A stretch of 64,000 nt of DNA from an uncultured Nitrososphaerota archaeon. GTDB taxonomy: Archaea > Thermoproteota > Nitrososphaeria > Nitrososphaerales > CADDZS01. A program made the translations under genes and the position numbers. Below, one piece after another: positions 40,056 through 50,900 of this stretch (positions within the stretch are counted from its first letter, which is position 1; each line of letters starts with the position of its first letter). Under the pieces are notes generated by a model. That model was not told the DNA's origin. It worked only from the letters and a program-made list of their open reading frames with translations, and made no database searches. The stretch covers positions 384,001 to 448,000 of the forward strand of contig CAWCYI010000004.1 of assembly GCA_963799845.1 (NCBI GenBank), given 5' to 3'.

Positions 40056-41232
40056 TCATTGAACTCCAATTCGATTCAGGATTAGTTTGCTAGCTATTTC
40101 TGCTCCGGCAGAAAAGTCAGGAGATGGATAGGACTTGGCCAAAGCTTGATTGATAGCGCTAACGAGCGATTTGACGCTCATCTGCTCGTATTTTAGCACT
40201 GCAAATCCATATTCCTCCGAAAATCTTCTTGCATTAGCCTCTTGTTCAAAATGGTTTGAAATTGGAATCGCAACACATGACGTACCAAGAGATGCAACTT
40301 CGTTCAGGGTCGACGCTCCTGCCTGACAGACTACACAGTCTGCAGCCTTGAAATATTGAATGCTGTCCGGTGTAAAAGAGACGAACCGAACCGGATCCGA
40401 ATTGTCGACTTTGTATTCTGATTTCCCAATCCTTGGGCCGAGAAGAACGATTATCCGACAATTCAGACTCTCTTGAAATTTCACGGAAGTTCACGAAAAG
40501 AAAATCGACCAGGACTTTCCCAGTCGAAGTTCCGCCGACAGAGGCAACGATCAATTTCTTGTTATCTGGTTCGTCGCCAAATTCAGTCGAGATTATTTTA
40601 TTCCTCAGCTCTGCCTTCGATGCAAACGGCAGTTTGGGCAGTATTGGTCCCACGACTTCGAAATCGGCTAATCTCGAACGTATCTTCGGGGAAACCGAAT
40701 CCGGATTGTCGGCAAAAATCCTGAGTGAAGCTTTTGAGAAAGCTCTCACAAGCATCCGGTTCGCGTACCATGTTATTATCCGACTCAAAGGGCTCAGGCT
40801 GCGTCCGGACTCAAACTGCAGATAATCTGTGATTATGATTCTAAAAGCTGGGAGTTTCGGATTTTTGTCCCACATGAAGCAAAACATCGTCTCCGCGAAC
40901 TCGTCTTGAATGAGCACGTCAAAGTTGGCTAATTGTTCCTTCAACAGTGTATAGTTAGTGCGGGCGATGGAGGAAGAGTTCCTCGCAACACGCGACATAT
41001 CGTCGAGCCGGCCGGAACTGACGCCTTTCTCCATAACAGGGCTCAGCGATTTGAGCTCCCTTGAAACTGGCAGGATTTTCTCACCCTCACTCTCAAGAAA
41101 CGAAATACCGGGCTCTGCAGTGATCCAGCTGATTTCGATGTCGCTTCGAATCTCCCGAAGGTTTCTTGCCAGAGTGAGGCTCCTTCTCGCGTGGCCGAGT
41201 CCTACCGAGGAAACTCCGTAGACTATTCTCAT
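40056..41232 (-). CDS. GT28/MurG-like GT-B glycosyltransferase; one extra base at ~40467
   Basis: GLGHARRS, SVGGT, QAGASTLNE, HFEQEANA. Confidence 0.85.
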
Positions 41233-41258
41233 TGAAAGCCAGAAAATTCCAGACGGCT

Positions 41259-42368
41259 TTAGACTTCAATCAAATCTCTGGAGGCGGTCGTTAGGACTCT
41301 AGGTTTTCCTTTCGTAACAAGTACATCGTCTTCAATTCGCACTCCTCCGAAGCCGGGTAAGTAAATCCCCGGTTCGACCGTCAGAACCATTCCTGGCTTT
41401 AGTTTCTTTTTGTACCTGGGGGAAAGACCGGGGCCGTCGTGCACGGATAATCCCAGGGAGTGGCCCAAAGAATGGATGAATCTTCCTTTGTACTCGGTCG
41501 AATCAATTAGAGCTGCGACTTTTGAGTGCACAAACTCACCGGTGTTTTCGGGAGTGCAAAGCTCGGTTCCGAGTTCAAGCGCGCGCCTGATCAGTTCGTA
41601 CATTTCCTTTTGTTTCTTTGATGCTGCTCCAAAGACCAGTGTTCGAGTAATGTCGGAACAGTAGCGACGGTACTTCGCGCCGTAATCACAGAGGACAAAC
41701 CGCCCACTCCTCAACTTCGCATCTCCTGCTGCGTAGTGAGGTTCCGAGCTGTTTTTCCCAAATGCAATTATGGAATCAAAAGAAACACTGCTTGCTCCGG
41801 CTTCTTGCATATCAAAAGCCATCTGGGCGGCAACAGAGCTCTCGGTAACTCCCTCGGACAACATCGAGGGTATCTTCCGGTAAGTGGCAGAAGCAATGTC
41901 GCACGCTTTCTTGATGAGTAAGATCTCGCTTTCGTCTTTGACGAGTCGTGCCGCCTCGAATGCTTCCGATTCATCCAGTAATTCTGATCCTTTGAAAATA
42001 GATTTGATCTGAAGGTATGAACCATACGTAAGCTCGGACGAGTTGAGTCCAATCGATTTGAGGCCGTTTCCCGCAAATGAAGCTAGTCTCGACCTCATGT
42101 GGTCTTTATCCGGTTCCGTAAACACCTCAATTTCGGTCGAATGGGCTCTTGCTATGGGCTCCTCAAGCGGAGAAGTAACCAGTGATATTCTTCCGTTTCT
42201 TTCTGCGATCAGGAATGAGCTCTCAAACAAGCCATAGGGAAACCCGGTAACGTAGAAGAAAGAAGCGTCTAGATGGGGTTCCACTCCGTTCGCGATGATG
42301 AAGGAATCTGGCCCCTCCATCTGTTCGAAAATTTTCTGAACTCTCAACTTTGGACTGATTTTGGACAT
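41259..42368 (-). CDS. Xaa-Pro peptidase (M24)
   Basis: DYGAKY..YCSDITRT, HSLGHSLGLSVHD, TVEPGIY, GVRIEDD. Confidence 0.93.
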   Translation of the reverse strand: MSKISPKLRVQKIFEQMEGPDSFIIANGVEPHLDASFFYVTGFPYGLFESSFLIAERNGRISLVTSPLEEPIARAHSTEIEVFTEPDKDHMRSRLASFAGNGLKSIGLNSSELTYGSYLQIKSIFKGSELLDESEAFEAARLVKDESEILLIKKACDIASATYRKIPSMLSEGVTESSVAAQMAFDMQEAGASSVSFDSIIAFGKNSSEPHYAAGDAKLRSGRFVLCDYGAKYRRYCSDITRTLVFGAASKKQKEMYELIRRALELGTELCTPENTGEFVHSKVAALIDSTEYKGRFIHSLGHSLGLSVHDGPGLSPRYKKKLKPGMVLTVEPGIYLPGFGGVRIEDDVLVTKGKPRVLTTASRDLIEV

Positions 42369-42435
42369 GAACGCGCACGACTGTAAAGATGGCAGAGAAA
42401 AAGTCTTTTGGATGCCGCTGTAACTCTTGTGATAG

Positions 42436-43620
42436 ATGAATTTCGATCTTACAGACGAGCAAGAACTGATCCTGGATGTTGCAGAGGAGACCTGCCATAA
42501 GATCAGGCCTGTTGAGGACCGTTTTTACCTTGAACGTCGTTTCAATGATCGAGTGCTCCCGATTTTCAAAGAGTCCCATCTACTGGGACTGCCGATCTCC
42601 AGAAATTATGGCGAGGGTCAGGGAGCCGATGCTCTGATGTACGCGCTGGTATTGGAGAGGATAGGCCAGGAAGGGACCGGAATCAGAACTTTTTTCTCGG
42701 GTCATATATCTCTCGGGCAGCTGACCCTCCAAAAATGGGGGAATGAGGAACAGAAACAGCGCTATCTCCCAAGGACGACGACGGGGGAACTTGTCATGGC
42801 ATTCGGCCTAACTGAACCAACAGCCGGCTCAGATCCCGCGTCGATGAAAACAAACTTTGAAGATCGCGAGGGCAGTTATTACCTCAACGGGCAGAAAGCC
42901 TGGATCTCTAACGGCTCGATTGCTGATCTCATCGTTGTCTTTGGTTACCCAAAGGGGAAATCGGAGGGGATGTGTGCCTTCCTAGTCGAGACTGACAGCG
43001 AAGGGTTCTCTGCCGAACCGATCAAAAACAAGTTAGGGCTTCCAACATCTGATACTGGACTGCTATATTTCACGAATTGCAAGGTGTCAAAGGAGAATCT
43101 GCTCGGCCCTCCCGGAAAAGGTCTGAGCATCGCATACACCGCGCTGATGAGCGGAAGACTCTCAGTTGCAGCTGGAAGCGTGGGCATAATACAGGACTGC
43201 CTAAATGAAGCAGTGAGGTATGCCCGCGAGAGAGTACAACACAAGAAAAAAATCGGAAAGCACCAGCTTGTTCAAAGGGAGATAGCGAAGATCTCGCTTG
43301 ATCTTGAGACATCAAGGATGATTATGTACAAGGCAGCTACCATGAAAGTAAAATCAGATGAGTCCCCGGAAAATTATGAGCTTCGGTCGGAGGCAGACTG
43401 GTGGATCGCGCAGGCTAAGTATTTTGCAGCGAATGCTTCATTCAATGCCGCCGACCGGGCGGTTCAGGTCTTCGGGGCGAACGGTTTTTCATTCGAGAAC
43501 AGGCCGGCTCGGCACTTGGTTGATACGAGGGCATGCAGAATATACGAGGGAACGGATCAGATTCTCGAGCAAAAGATCGCAATCAAGTTGCTAGGGCCGG
43601 AGTACGAAGCCTTCTCGTAA
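42436..43620 (+). CDS. Acyl-CoA dehydrogenase
   Basis: FGLTEPTAGSD, NGQKAWISN, QVFGANG, IYEGT. Confidence 0.95.
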   Translation: MNFDLTDEQELILDVAEETCHKIRPVEDRFYLERRFNDRVLPIFKESHLLGLPISRNYGEGQGADALMYALVLERIGQEGTGIRTFFSGHISLGQLTLQKWGNEEQKQRYLPRTTTGELVMAFGLTEPTAGSDPASMKTNFEDREGSYYLNGQKAWISNGSIADLIVVFGYPKGKSEGMCAFLVETDSEGFSAEPIKNKLGLPTSDTGLLYFTNCKVSKENLLGPPGKGLSIAYTALMSGRLSVAAGSVGIIQDCLNEAVRYARERVQHKKKIGKHQLVQREIAKISLDLETSRMIMYKAATMKVKSDESPENYELRSEADWWIAQAKYFAANASFNAADRAVQVFGANGFSFENRPARHLVDTRACRIYEGTDQILEQKIAIKLLGPEYEAFS

Positions 43621-43699
43621 ATACAGCCTGTCGCAACAATTGTGAAATAGATTAGGCTTGAAAAGATTCGCGATTTCGAAGACTATTCACGGATCGTAA

Positions 43700-44503
43700 T
43701 TGGTGTATCAAATTTTGCCAGAGATTATTGTCTGCTTCAAGCACGTAATCGACGAGACAGAGCTCCGGATTGACAGGACGAATAATAAGATCAATTTCGA
43801 GGGTGCGAAAACAAAGATCAGTGACGATGACAAGAACGCGATCGAGGAAGCCGTCCGTATCAAGGAAAAAAACGGCGGGAGCATCACGGCGTTGTGCGTC
43901 AGCGGCCCCGACGCGAAAAAGAGCGTGAAGGAAGCCCTCGCCATGGGATGCGATCGGGCTAGACTCATGGTTGATCCTGCGTTCCAGGATGGAGATGCAC
44001 TGACTACGGCTTACATTCTGTCGCAAGCTGTCAAGAAAGTCGGAAAATTTGATATTGTGATTACTTCGACTGGGACAACGGATTCGTACACAGGCATAGT
44101 CGGACCCGCGCTCGCTGAATACCTGGATCTTCCGCAGATGACGTTTGCCTCGAAAATTACGCTGTCGGGGAGCAAGATAATGGTCGACCGCCTGCTCGAA
44201 GACGGCGTTGAAACGGTCGAGTCAGAGCTTCCAGTCTTGGTTACGGTGTCCCGGGAGATAAACCAGCCCCGATTCCCCACTCTGCTGCAAATAATGGGCG
44301 CGGGTAAGAAGGAGCTTCTGGAGTGGAATGCCTCGACACTGGGAATAGACACTTCTCTTGTCGGCAGGGCCGGATCAAAGGTCGAGGTAAGGTCTCTGAA
44401 TGTTCCTAAATCATCGAGGAAAAGAGTTCTCTTTGAGGGCAAGCCGGAGGAGAGCGCAAAGCAGCTTGCGGAAGCACTTGTAAAGGAAGGGGTCGTCAAG
44501 TAG
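43700..44503 (+). CDS. etfB: Electron transfer flavoprotein beta subunit
   Basis: VCFKHV, DKNAIEEA, ALAMGCD, INQPRFP. Confidence 0.93.
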   Translation: MVYQILPEIIVCFKHVIDETELRIDRTNNKINFEGAKTKISDDDKNAIEEAVRIKEKNGGSITALCVSGPDAKKSVKEALAMGCDRARLMVDPAFQDGDALTTAYILSQAVKKVGKFDIVITSTGTTDSYTGIVGPALAEYLDLPQMTFASKITLSGSKIMVDRLLEDGVETVESELPVLVTVSREINQPRFPTLLQIMGAGKKELLEWNASTLGIDTSLVGRAGSKVEVRSLNVPKSSRKRVLFEGKPEESAKQLAEALVKEGVVK

Positions 44504-45453
44504 ATGACGAACATTCTTGCGTTCTCCGATTCTTCAGACACCGCGTTAGAGTTGGTTACTCTCGCGGTAAAGTTAGGCGGTCAGCTGTCTATCGCCGTTC
44601 TCGGCTCCGGCGATCTATCGGCTCAATCGAAGAAACTTTCTGTCCAGGGAGTCTCCACTATCTATGAAGTATTACACGAATCTCTCGGCAATCTTTTGGC
44701 CGGGCCATGTACCGATGCGCTGGAGTCGGTTTGCAAGAAGATCAATCCGGACCTGGTCTTGATTGGGGCGACGAAGAAGGGAAAGAGCTTGCTCCCCGGC
44801 TGGCCGCAAGACTCAAGATCGGCTGCATTTCAGATGCGATGAAATTATCTCAGGAGCGAAGCAGCTTTGTTGCAGATAGACTGGTCTGGGGAGGAAACGC
44901 CATCGCGACCGTTGTCTCAAAGGGGGCCACTATCGTCACGATCCCCCTGCGAGCCAATGAGCGTGAAACGACTGCTTCCAATCCAGAAATCATCAAGGTT
45001 TCGGACTTTCAACCAAAGCCAAATAGGGCAAGCGTGGTCGGCAGAAAAGAGAAACCGAAGGGACAGGTGAACATCAAGGATGCGGAAATTGTCGTCTCGG
45101 CTGGGAGAGGTTTCAAAAAGAAGGAAGACCTGTCAATTCTCGACGACCTTGCCAAAGTGATCAACGCAGTTGTCGGAGCTTCGCGGCCTCTGACATCCGA
45201 CCTCGGGTGGGTACCGGAAGATCGTCAGGTCGGCCTTTCCGGCACTACCGTAAAACCGAAACTGTACATCGCAGTTGGAATCTCGGGTCAGATCCAGCAC
45301 CTCACAGGCATGAGGGAATCAAAGATTATAGTCGCTATCAATACAGACAAGAACGCGCCAATCTTTCAGGAATGCGATTACGGCATAGTGGGCGATCTCT
45401 ACCAGGTGGTGCCCGATCTAACGAAGGATTTCAAAGCTCTTCTCGGTCGATGA
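44504..45453 (+). CDS. etfA: Electron transfer flavoprotein alpha subunit; one base missing at ~44783
   Basis: SAGRG, GASRP, QVGLSG, GISGQIQH, AINTD. Confidence 0.92.
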
Positions 45454-45511
45454 CTGGATCCAGCGATAAGTAAAAATCCGGTTTTCCCAGTCGCATCCAA
45501 ATAATTCGATT

Positions 45512-47620
45512 TTGAACGCTCTGCCCGCCCCCCTGCCTTTCTTCGACACCTGCGTCCAGACCGAAGTCTGCCGTCTAAAGTATCCGCTTCTCCCGGCCGA
45601 TACGCCAGACTATCTTTACAGCGCATTTGCAATCTTTCTGGTCATTTTCTTTTACGGCGTCTACAGAAAATATTCCATTTATGGAATCGGCTGGAAAGAT
45701 GTTTCTCAGAACTTACCAAAACTCGTGACAAACGGTAGAAGGATAATCGTAGATGGTTTCGGTCAAAAAAAGATCCTGCAGCGGAGATATGGTGGCGTGG
45801 AACATTCGTGGATGTTTTACGGAATTACGGCCCTGACGATCGGAACAATACTTGTCGGCATCGATTACGATCTTCTCAGACCGATGGGGATAGTTCTACT
45901 CCAAGGTGATTTCTATCTGGGTTTCAAGACAGCCCTCGATCTCTTCGGCCTAGGCTTTGTGATAGCGATAGTTCTCGCGCTGGCTAGGCGGCTGTCTTTC
46001 AAGCCCTTCTTCATGGGCGAGGACAAGGCTGACCGTTTTCTCCTTGTGGGTCTGCTCTACATGGGCGTCTCGGGTTTTGTGCAGGAAGGGCTTCTGCTTG
46101 CAATGATTCCGGTCCCGTGGGCTTACTTTTCTCCCGTTGGTTGGATTTTTCAGAAGCTGTTCATCGCTCTAGGCGCGGGAGTTTCGGCTTCGACTTACCA
46201 GAGCTGGGTCGGTACTTACCAGACGCTCTGGTGGATTCACGCCCTTGTCGCCTTTGCACTGATCGCCTCAATCCCCTTCACCAAATTTTTCCACGTCCCG
46301 AACGCGCTGATCAACATGATGCTCACGGACGAGGAGCGGCCTCTGGGAAGGATGAACTCCCCGTTCAACCTAGCGGAGATAATGAAACAGCAGGAGTCAA
46401 ACCCCGACTATATGCCCGACCTGACCATCGGTCTCAAAACCAGTGACGATCTCAAATGGAACCAGAGGGTGATGCTTGATGCCTGCACTAACTGCGGAAG
46501 GTGCGAGGCGGCCTGTCCAGCCAACGCTGCCGGGAGAGATCTCTCCCCGAGGCTCGTGGTTCAGGATCTGAAAAACAGGTACTACAAAGATGAGAAAGGG
46601 ACTCCAGGAGTACAGAAGGATCTTTTCGCGAGCGGAACCATTCGGGACGCCGAGATGTATTCCTGCGTGACGTGCCTTGCGTGCGTTTACGAATGCCCCG
46701 TTGAGATAAATCAGGTTGATTTTATCGGAGATCTCAGGAGAACGATTGTCTCGTCGAACAGACTCGAACCCGCGCAGAATACCCTTCTTTCAAATCTTGC
46801 CTCGCACCAAAATCCCTACGGCCTGAGCAACTCCACGAGGTCTAATTGGACTTCAGGGGTACCTTTGGAAATCAAAACGATCGCCGAAAATCCGAACGCG
46901 GAATATCTCTACTGGGTAGGATGCGTCTGCTCATTCGATCAGAGAGCCCAGAATATTGCTAGATCTCTCGCCAAAATCATGAACGCGGCGGGAGTATCGT
47001 TTGCGATACTCGGAAACGATGAAATGTGCAACGGCGATCCCGCGAGGAGACTGGGAGAAGAGGGAAGGTTCCAGGAACTCGCCCTGCAGAACATTGACAG
47101 ACTCAACGGGTCGAATACGAAGAAAATCATCACGAGCTGTCCCCACTGCTTCAACACGATAAAGAACGAGTATCCGACCTTCGGCGGAAAATACGAAGTG
47201 GTCCATCACACCCAGTTGATTTCTGATCTTATCGCGGCGGGAAAACTCAAAGTTTCCTCTGGTAAGCTCAAGGACATTTCCGTGACTCTCCACGATGCCT
47301 GCTACGCGGTTCGGTACAACAGCATTTTCGAGGAACCCAGACGCATTCTCAAATCTGCGAAAGTCGATTTGAGGGAGATGCATAGGTGCAAGGACAAGAC
47401 TTTCTGCTGCGGAGCGGGCGGCTCAAATTACTGGTACAAGGTCCCGCAGAAACAAACGATCACAAGCATCCGGACTGAAGAGGCGGCTCAGACCGGCGCG
47501 AAAACTCTCGCGACTGAATGTCCGTTCTGTCTTTCGATGTTTGAAGATTCGACCAAGGTCACCGGTACTAAACTTGACGTGAGGGATGTGGCGGAGCTCA
47601 TCGCGGAAGAGCTGCCCTAA
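45512..47620 (+). CDS. Membrane Fe-S oxidoreductase (FadF / ETF:quinone oxidoreductase type; TM + 2x[4Fe-4S] + CCG domains)
   Basis: Several TM helices with His residues, CTNCGRCEAAC, CVTCLACVYEC, CCGAGG; directly follows etfAB. Confidence 0.88.
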   Translation: MNALPAPLPFFDTCVQTEVCRLKYPLLPADTPDYLYSAFAIFLVIFFYGVYRKYSIYGIGWKDVSQNLPKLVTNGRRIIVDGFGQKKILQRRYGGVEHSWMFYGITALTIGTILVGIDYDLLRPMGIVLLQGDFYLGFKTALDLFGLGFVIAIVLALARRLSFKPFFMGEDKADRFLLVGLLYMGVSGFVQEGLLLAMIPVPWAYFSPVGWIFQKLFIALGAGVSASTYQSWVGTYQTLWWIHALVAFALIASIPFTKFFHVPNALINMMLTDEERPLGRMNSPFNLAEIMKQQESNPDYMPDLTIGLKTSDDLKWNQRVMLDACTNCGRCEAACPANAAGRDLSPRLVVQDLKNRYYKDEKGTPGVQKDLFASGTIRDAEMYSCVTCLACVYECPVEINQVDFIGDLRRTIVSSNRLEPAQNTLLSNLASHQNPYGLSNSTRSNWTSGVPLEIKTIAENPNAEYLYWVGCVCSFDQRAQNIARSLAKIMNAAGVSFAILGNDEMCNGDPARRLGEEGRFQELALQNIDRLNGSNTKKIITSCPHCFNTIKNEYPTFGGKYEVVHHTQLISDLIAAGKLKVSSGKLKDISVTLHDACYAVRYNSIFEEPRRILKSAKVDLREMHRCKDKTFCCGAGGSNYWYKVPQKQTITSIRTEEAAQTGAKTLATECPFCLSMFEDSTKVTGTKLDVRDVAELIAEELP

Positions 47621-48084
47621 CACGTTAAGGCATCTTGGATGATCGGAATACCCGTCAACGCCTGTTCCTGCGGCGGGAATGCCCCTATCGAGTAAGTAAC
47701 GCTGGCCGACAATACATCACCGGTGTCGAAGAAAGAGGGTAGGGGGACGGTGATCGTTTCGAACGTGGAATTTGTGGCCAGATATTCGGCCAGTGCCGTT
47801 TGATTCAGCGGAAGATCCGCCCTCTTCTCCTGACCGGTGTCAAATACGATAACGGACCGGAAACTCATTGATGTCCTGTCGCCGATCACGTTGATCTCCA
47901 ACCACTCGCTGAAATTGTTTAGTATGGTACCGCACTGAATGGACTTTGGAGTTTCGACCGCACTAGCCGTGAAGGAGTAGACCTGATCAGAGTCCTGGCT
48001 CGTCCTTACCAGAAGGCCCAGCGCCGTACCCGGAGCCAGCGAGCCCACGACGACGGCGATTGCAAGAATCATGACCGATTTCAA
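47617..48084 (-). CDS. Hypothetical exported/membrane-anchored protein
   Basis: N-terminal hydrophobic segment and beta-rich body. Confidence 0.55.
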   Translation of the reverse strand: MKSVMILAIAVVVGSLAPGTALGLLVRTSQDSDQVYSFTASAVETPKSIQCGTILNNFSEWLEINVIGDRTSMSFRSVIVFDTGQEKRADLPLNQTALAEYLATNSTFETITVPLPSFFDTGDVLSASVTYSIGAFPPQEQALTGIPIIQDALTC

Positions 48085-48135
48085 AAATCGCTAAACAAAA
48101 AGCTCGGAGACACCCGCGTATAAAGACTGCCACTT

Positions 48136-49266
48136 TCATTCTTGGCCCAGCGCGAAGTTTGAAATTACTATCTTCATGATCTCGGAAGTTCCCTCGCCAA
48201 TCGTCATCAATTTGGCATCCCTCCAGTGACGATGAATGTCTGCTTCATCGGTGTAACCGTATCCTCCGTGAATCTGGATCGCCTCGTTGCAAGCGTTGAG
48301 AGCCATTTCGGTCGCAAAAAGCTTTGCTTCGCACGCTTCCACCGAAAAATCCTCCTTCAAATTCTTCCTGTAGCCCGCATAGTACGTGGAGAGTCGGGAG
48401 GCATCGATTTGCGTCTTCATATCCGCAATCTTTGATCTGGTGATTTCAAAATCCGCGAGAGTATGGCCGAACGCCTTCCGCTCCTTCGAATAAGCTATTG
48501 ATTTTTCTAGGGCGATCTGGGCTATACCCACGCTGAGCGCCGCGATCGTAATTCGACCGGCGAGGAGCATTTTCTTGGCGTATTCGAAACCGTCTCCGTC
48601 CTTTCCGATCAGGTTTTCTTCGGGCACGGTCACGTCGTCAAAGTTCATCCCCGTCAGAGTCGAGCCGCGCAGCCCCATCTTTGGAATGTTCGCTCCGCAG
48701 GAAAAACCGGCGGCATCTTTAGGAACCATTATCGAAGCGTGGCCCGTCGCAGTTTTCGCAAAAACAAAATAGTAATCCGCTTTGCCAGAATTTGTGATGT
48801 ACATTTTAGAACCGTTGATGTGCCACTCTCCGTCCCGAAGTTCGGCGGTCGTCGTCATTGCTCTCGCATCACTGCCAGCTCCTGGTTCAGTGAGCGCAAA
48901 TGCCGCGATCTTCTTCCCGGTTATCAGTGGTCTGAGATATTTTTCATGCTGGTCCGAATTTCCAAATCGGAAGAGGCCATCGCAAACGGTGCCGTGAATT
49001 GCAAGTGAGATCGCTGTGCTTGCGCATGCCTTCGCGACCAGCTCCATGCAGGCGACGTACAGTGGGTACGGCAGTCCGAGTCCTCCGAGCGACTCCGGAT
49101 AAGGAATGTTCGTGAACCCCTGTGCGAATATTTTGCCCATATTTTCACCAGGAAAAGTTCCGTTCTTGTCAATCTGTTTGGCGGTCGGAAGGATCTCTTT
49201 TTCGACAAACCCCCCAAAGGATTCGAGGATGTTTGAGTAATCGTAGTAATTGTCAGGATACATCAT
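48136..49266 (-). CDS. Acyl-CoA dehydrogenase
   Basis: FALTEPGAGSD, KMGLRGS, QIHGGYGY, IGEGT. Confidence 0.95.
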   Translation of the reverse strand: MMYPDNYYDYSNILESFGGFVEKEILPTAKQIDKNGTFPGENMGKIFAQGFTNIPYPESLGGLGLPYPLYVACMELVAKACASTAISLAIHGTVCDGLFRFGNSDQHEKYLRPLITGKKIAAFALTEPGAGSDARAMTTTAELRDGEWHINGSKMYITNSGKADYYFVFAKTATGHASIMVPKDAAGFSCGANIPKMGLRGSTLTGMNFDDVTVPEENLIGKDGDGFEYAKKMLLAGRITIAALSVGIAQIALEKSIAYSKERKAFGHTLADFEITRSKIADMKTQIDASRLSTYYAGYRKNLKEDFSVEACEAKLFATEMALNACNEAIQIHGGYGYTDEADIHRHWRDAKLMTIGEGTSEIMKIVISNFALGQE

Positions 49267-49381
49267 CTGAATGATGTTCTTTTGCTCTGGAATAACGAAT
49301 GCCGTAATGATCAAGCCTTGCAAGAATAGAAAGGAATTGGATAGAAATCATTTCTGCCCAAGGGTTAACGAACCTCTTGAA

Positions 49382-50788
49382 TCACGGCCGATGAACCGAT
49401 CCCCATATCCTTTCTCCGACTTCAAGCAACCTAAAGTCGTCAAGGGGCTCCCCCGAGATCTGGAACCCGGTCGGCAGCGAAGAAGAATCTAATCTGTTTG
49501 AGGGTATGCTAAGCGATGGGAATCCGCAGAGATTGAACGGCTCTGTATTCCTCACGAGCTGCTTTCGAATGCTTCCCGCTTCCTTTCCCATGACATCTTC
49601 CAACTTCGGGGCGGTAGTAAGACAGGTCGGCATTGCGATGAAATCGACTTTGCGGAAAATCCTAGAGATACTAGCGATAAAGGAAAGCCTCTCCTTCGAG
49701 GAAACAAAGAATTCCATCATGCCCGTTTTTGAGCCCGCATCAAAGAAACTCATTACGTCCTTTGCGACGAGCTTCCTCTTTTCCGGATTTGCAACGAGAT
49801 CTTGATAGAACCAGGATGCTTCTTTGACTTGAATCGTTCTCCTAGTCCTCGATATTTTTTCGCTACCTTGGATTTTCAGATCCTCCACCACGATGAAGTC
49901 GGCCACTCTCAGTTTATCGATTACGCGCCAGAATGCCTTTTCTACCGCGGGAACGCAATCCTCAAAAAAATAATTTTCCGGGATTCCGATTTTTGTTTTT
50001 GAGCTCGAGGAGATCTTGGATCTTTTCAGGTACCCACCATTGTTTCCAGAGATAGCCCTGAAAGCATAGCTCATGTCGGACATATTCTTTGTCAATATTC
50101 CCACATGATCAAGCGTAGCGCTCAGCGGAAATATTCCTGACATGCTGATTGTGCCGATTGTCGGCTTGAAGCCGCAAACTCCGCACAGGGCGGCAGGAAC
50201 CCTCACAGAGCCGCCTGTGTCTGTTCCCAAACTCACTATTGGGTAGCTCGACATCGCGACCGAGACTGCCGAACCACCACTCGAGCCCCCGGAGATCCGT
50301 GAAGGATCTACTGGGTTTCGCACGGGTCCGAAGAAAGAACTCGATGAGGTCGCGCCCATTGCAAGTTCATGCAGATTTGTCTTTCCCAGAGGCATGCACC
50401 CTTTTGACAAAAAAGAATCAACTACTTCGGCATTGACGGCGGGAACAAACTGCTGAAAGGCTTGTGAGCCCGCAGTGGTCCTGTTCCTCGCAACGAAAAT
50501 ATTGTCCTTTATTGTCAAAGGGACGCCGTACAGTGAAAAGTCCTTTCGGGCAGCCGTTTGCTGTCCAAAATCCTTCTTGCTTTGGAATTTCTTGGTACCG
50601 TCTTGCTCTCCAATTTGCGAAATCGACCTGGCCGAGTCTTCGTCAAAAATCGTGATGAACGCGTTGAGTCGAGCGTTATACTCGGTTGCGTTTCGGAGTT
50701 CATCTTTGAAAACTTGAGCCGCGTCAATTTTTCTGGAGTCTATTTCTTCCTGAAATTGTATGATGTTTTTGATTCTACTTAGGAGCAT
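49382..50788 (-). CDS. Amidase signature family enzyme
   Basis: IKDN, GGSSGGS, GTDTGGSVR. Confidence 0.92.
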   Translation of the reverse strand: MLLSRIKNIIQFQEEIDSRKIDAAQVFKDELRNATEYNARLNAFITIFDEDSARSISQIGEQDGTKKFQSKKDFGQQTAARKDFSLYGVPLTIKDNIFVARNRTTAGSQAFQQFVPAVNAEVVDSFLSKGCMPLGKTNLHELAMGATSSSSFFGPVRNPVDPSRISGGSSGGSAVSVAMSSYPIVSLGTDTGGSVRVPAALCGVCGFKPTIGTISMSGIFPLSATLDHVGILTKNMSDMSYAFRAISGNNGGYLKRSKISSSSKTKIGIPENYFFEDCVPAVEKAFWRVIDKLRVADFIVVEDLKIQGSEKISRTRRTIQVKEASWFYQDLVANPEKRKLVAKDVMSFFDAGSKTGMMEFFVSSKERLSFIASISRIFRKVDFIAMPTCLTTAPKLEDVMGKEAGSIRKQLVRNTEPFNLCGFPSLSIPSNRLDSSSLPTGFQISGEPLDDFRLLEVGERIWGSVHRP

Positions 50789-50900
50789 GTTGCTTGACTC
50801 CTCAAAGAGGTACCTCCATCTTTAAGCAGTGATGGGACAGTCGTGGCAAAATTTCAGGATTCACTGATAACTCTGATCGAAAAAATATACATAATCTTAA

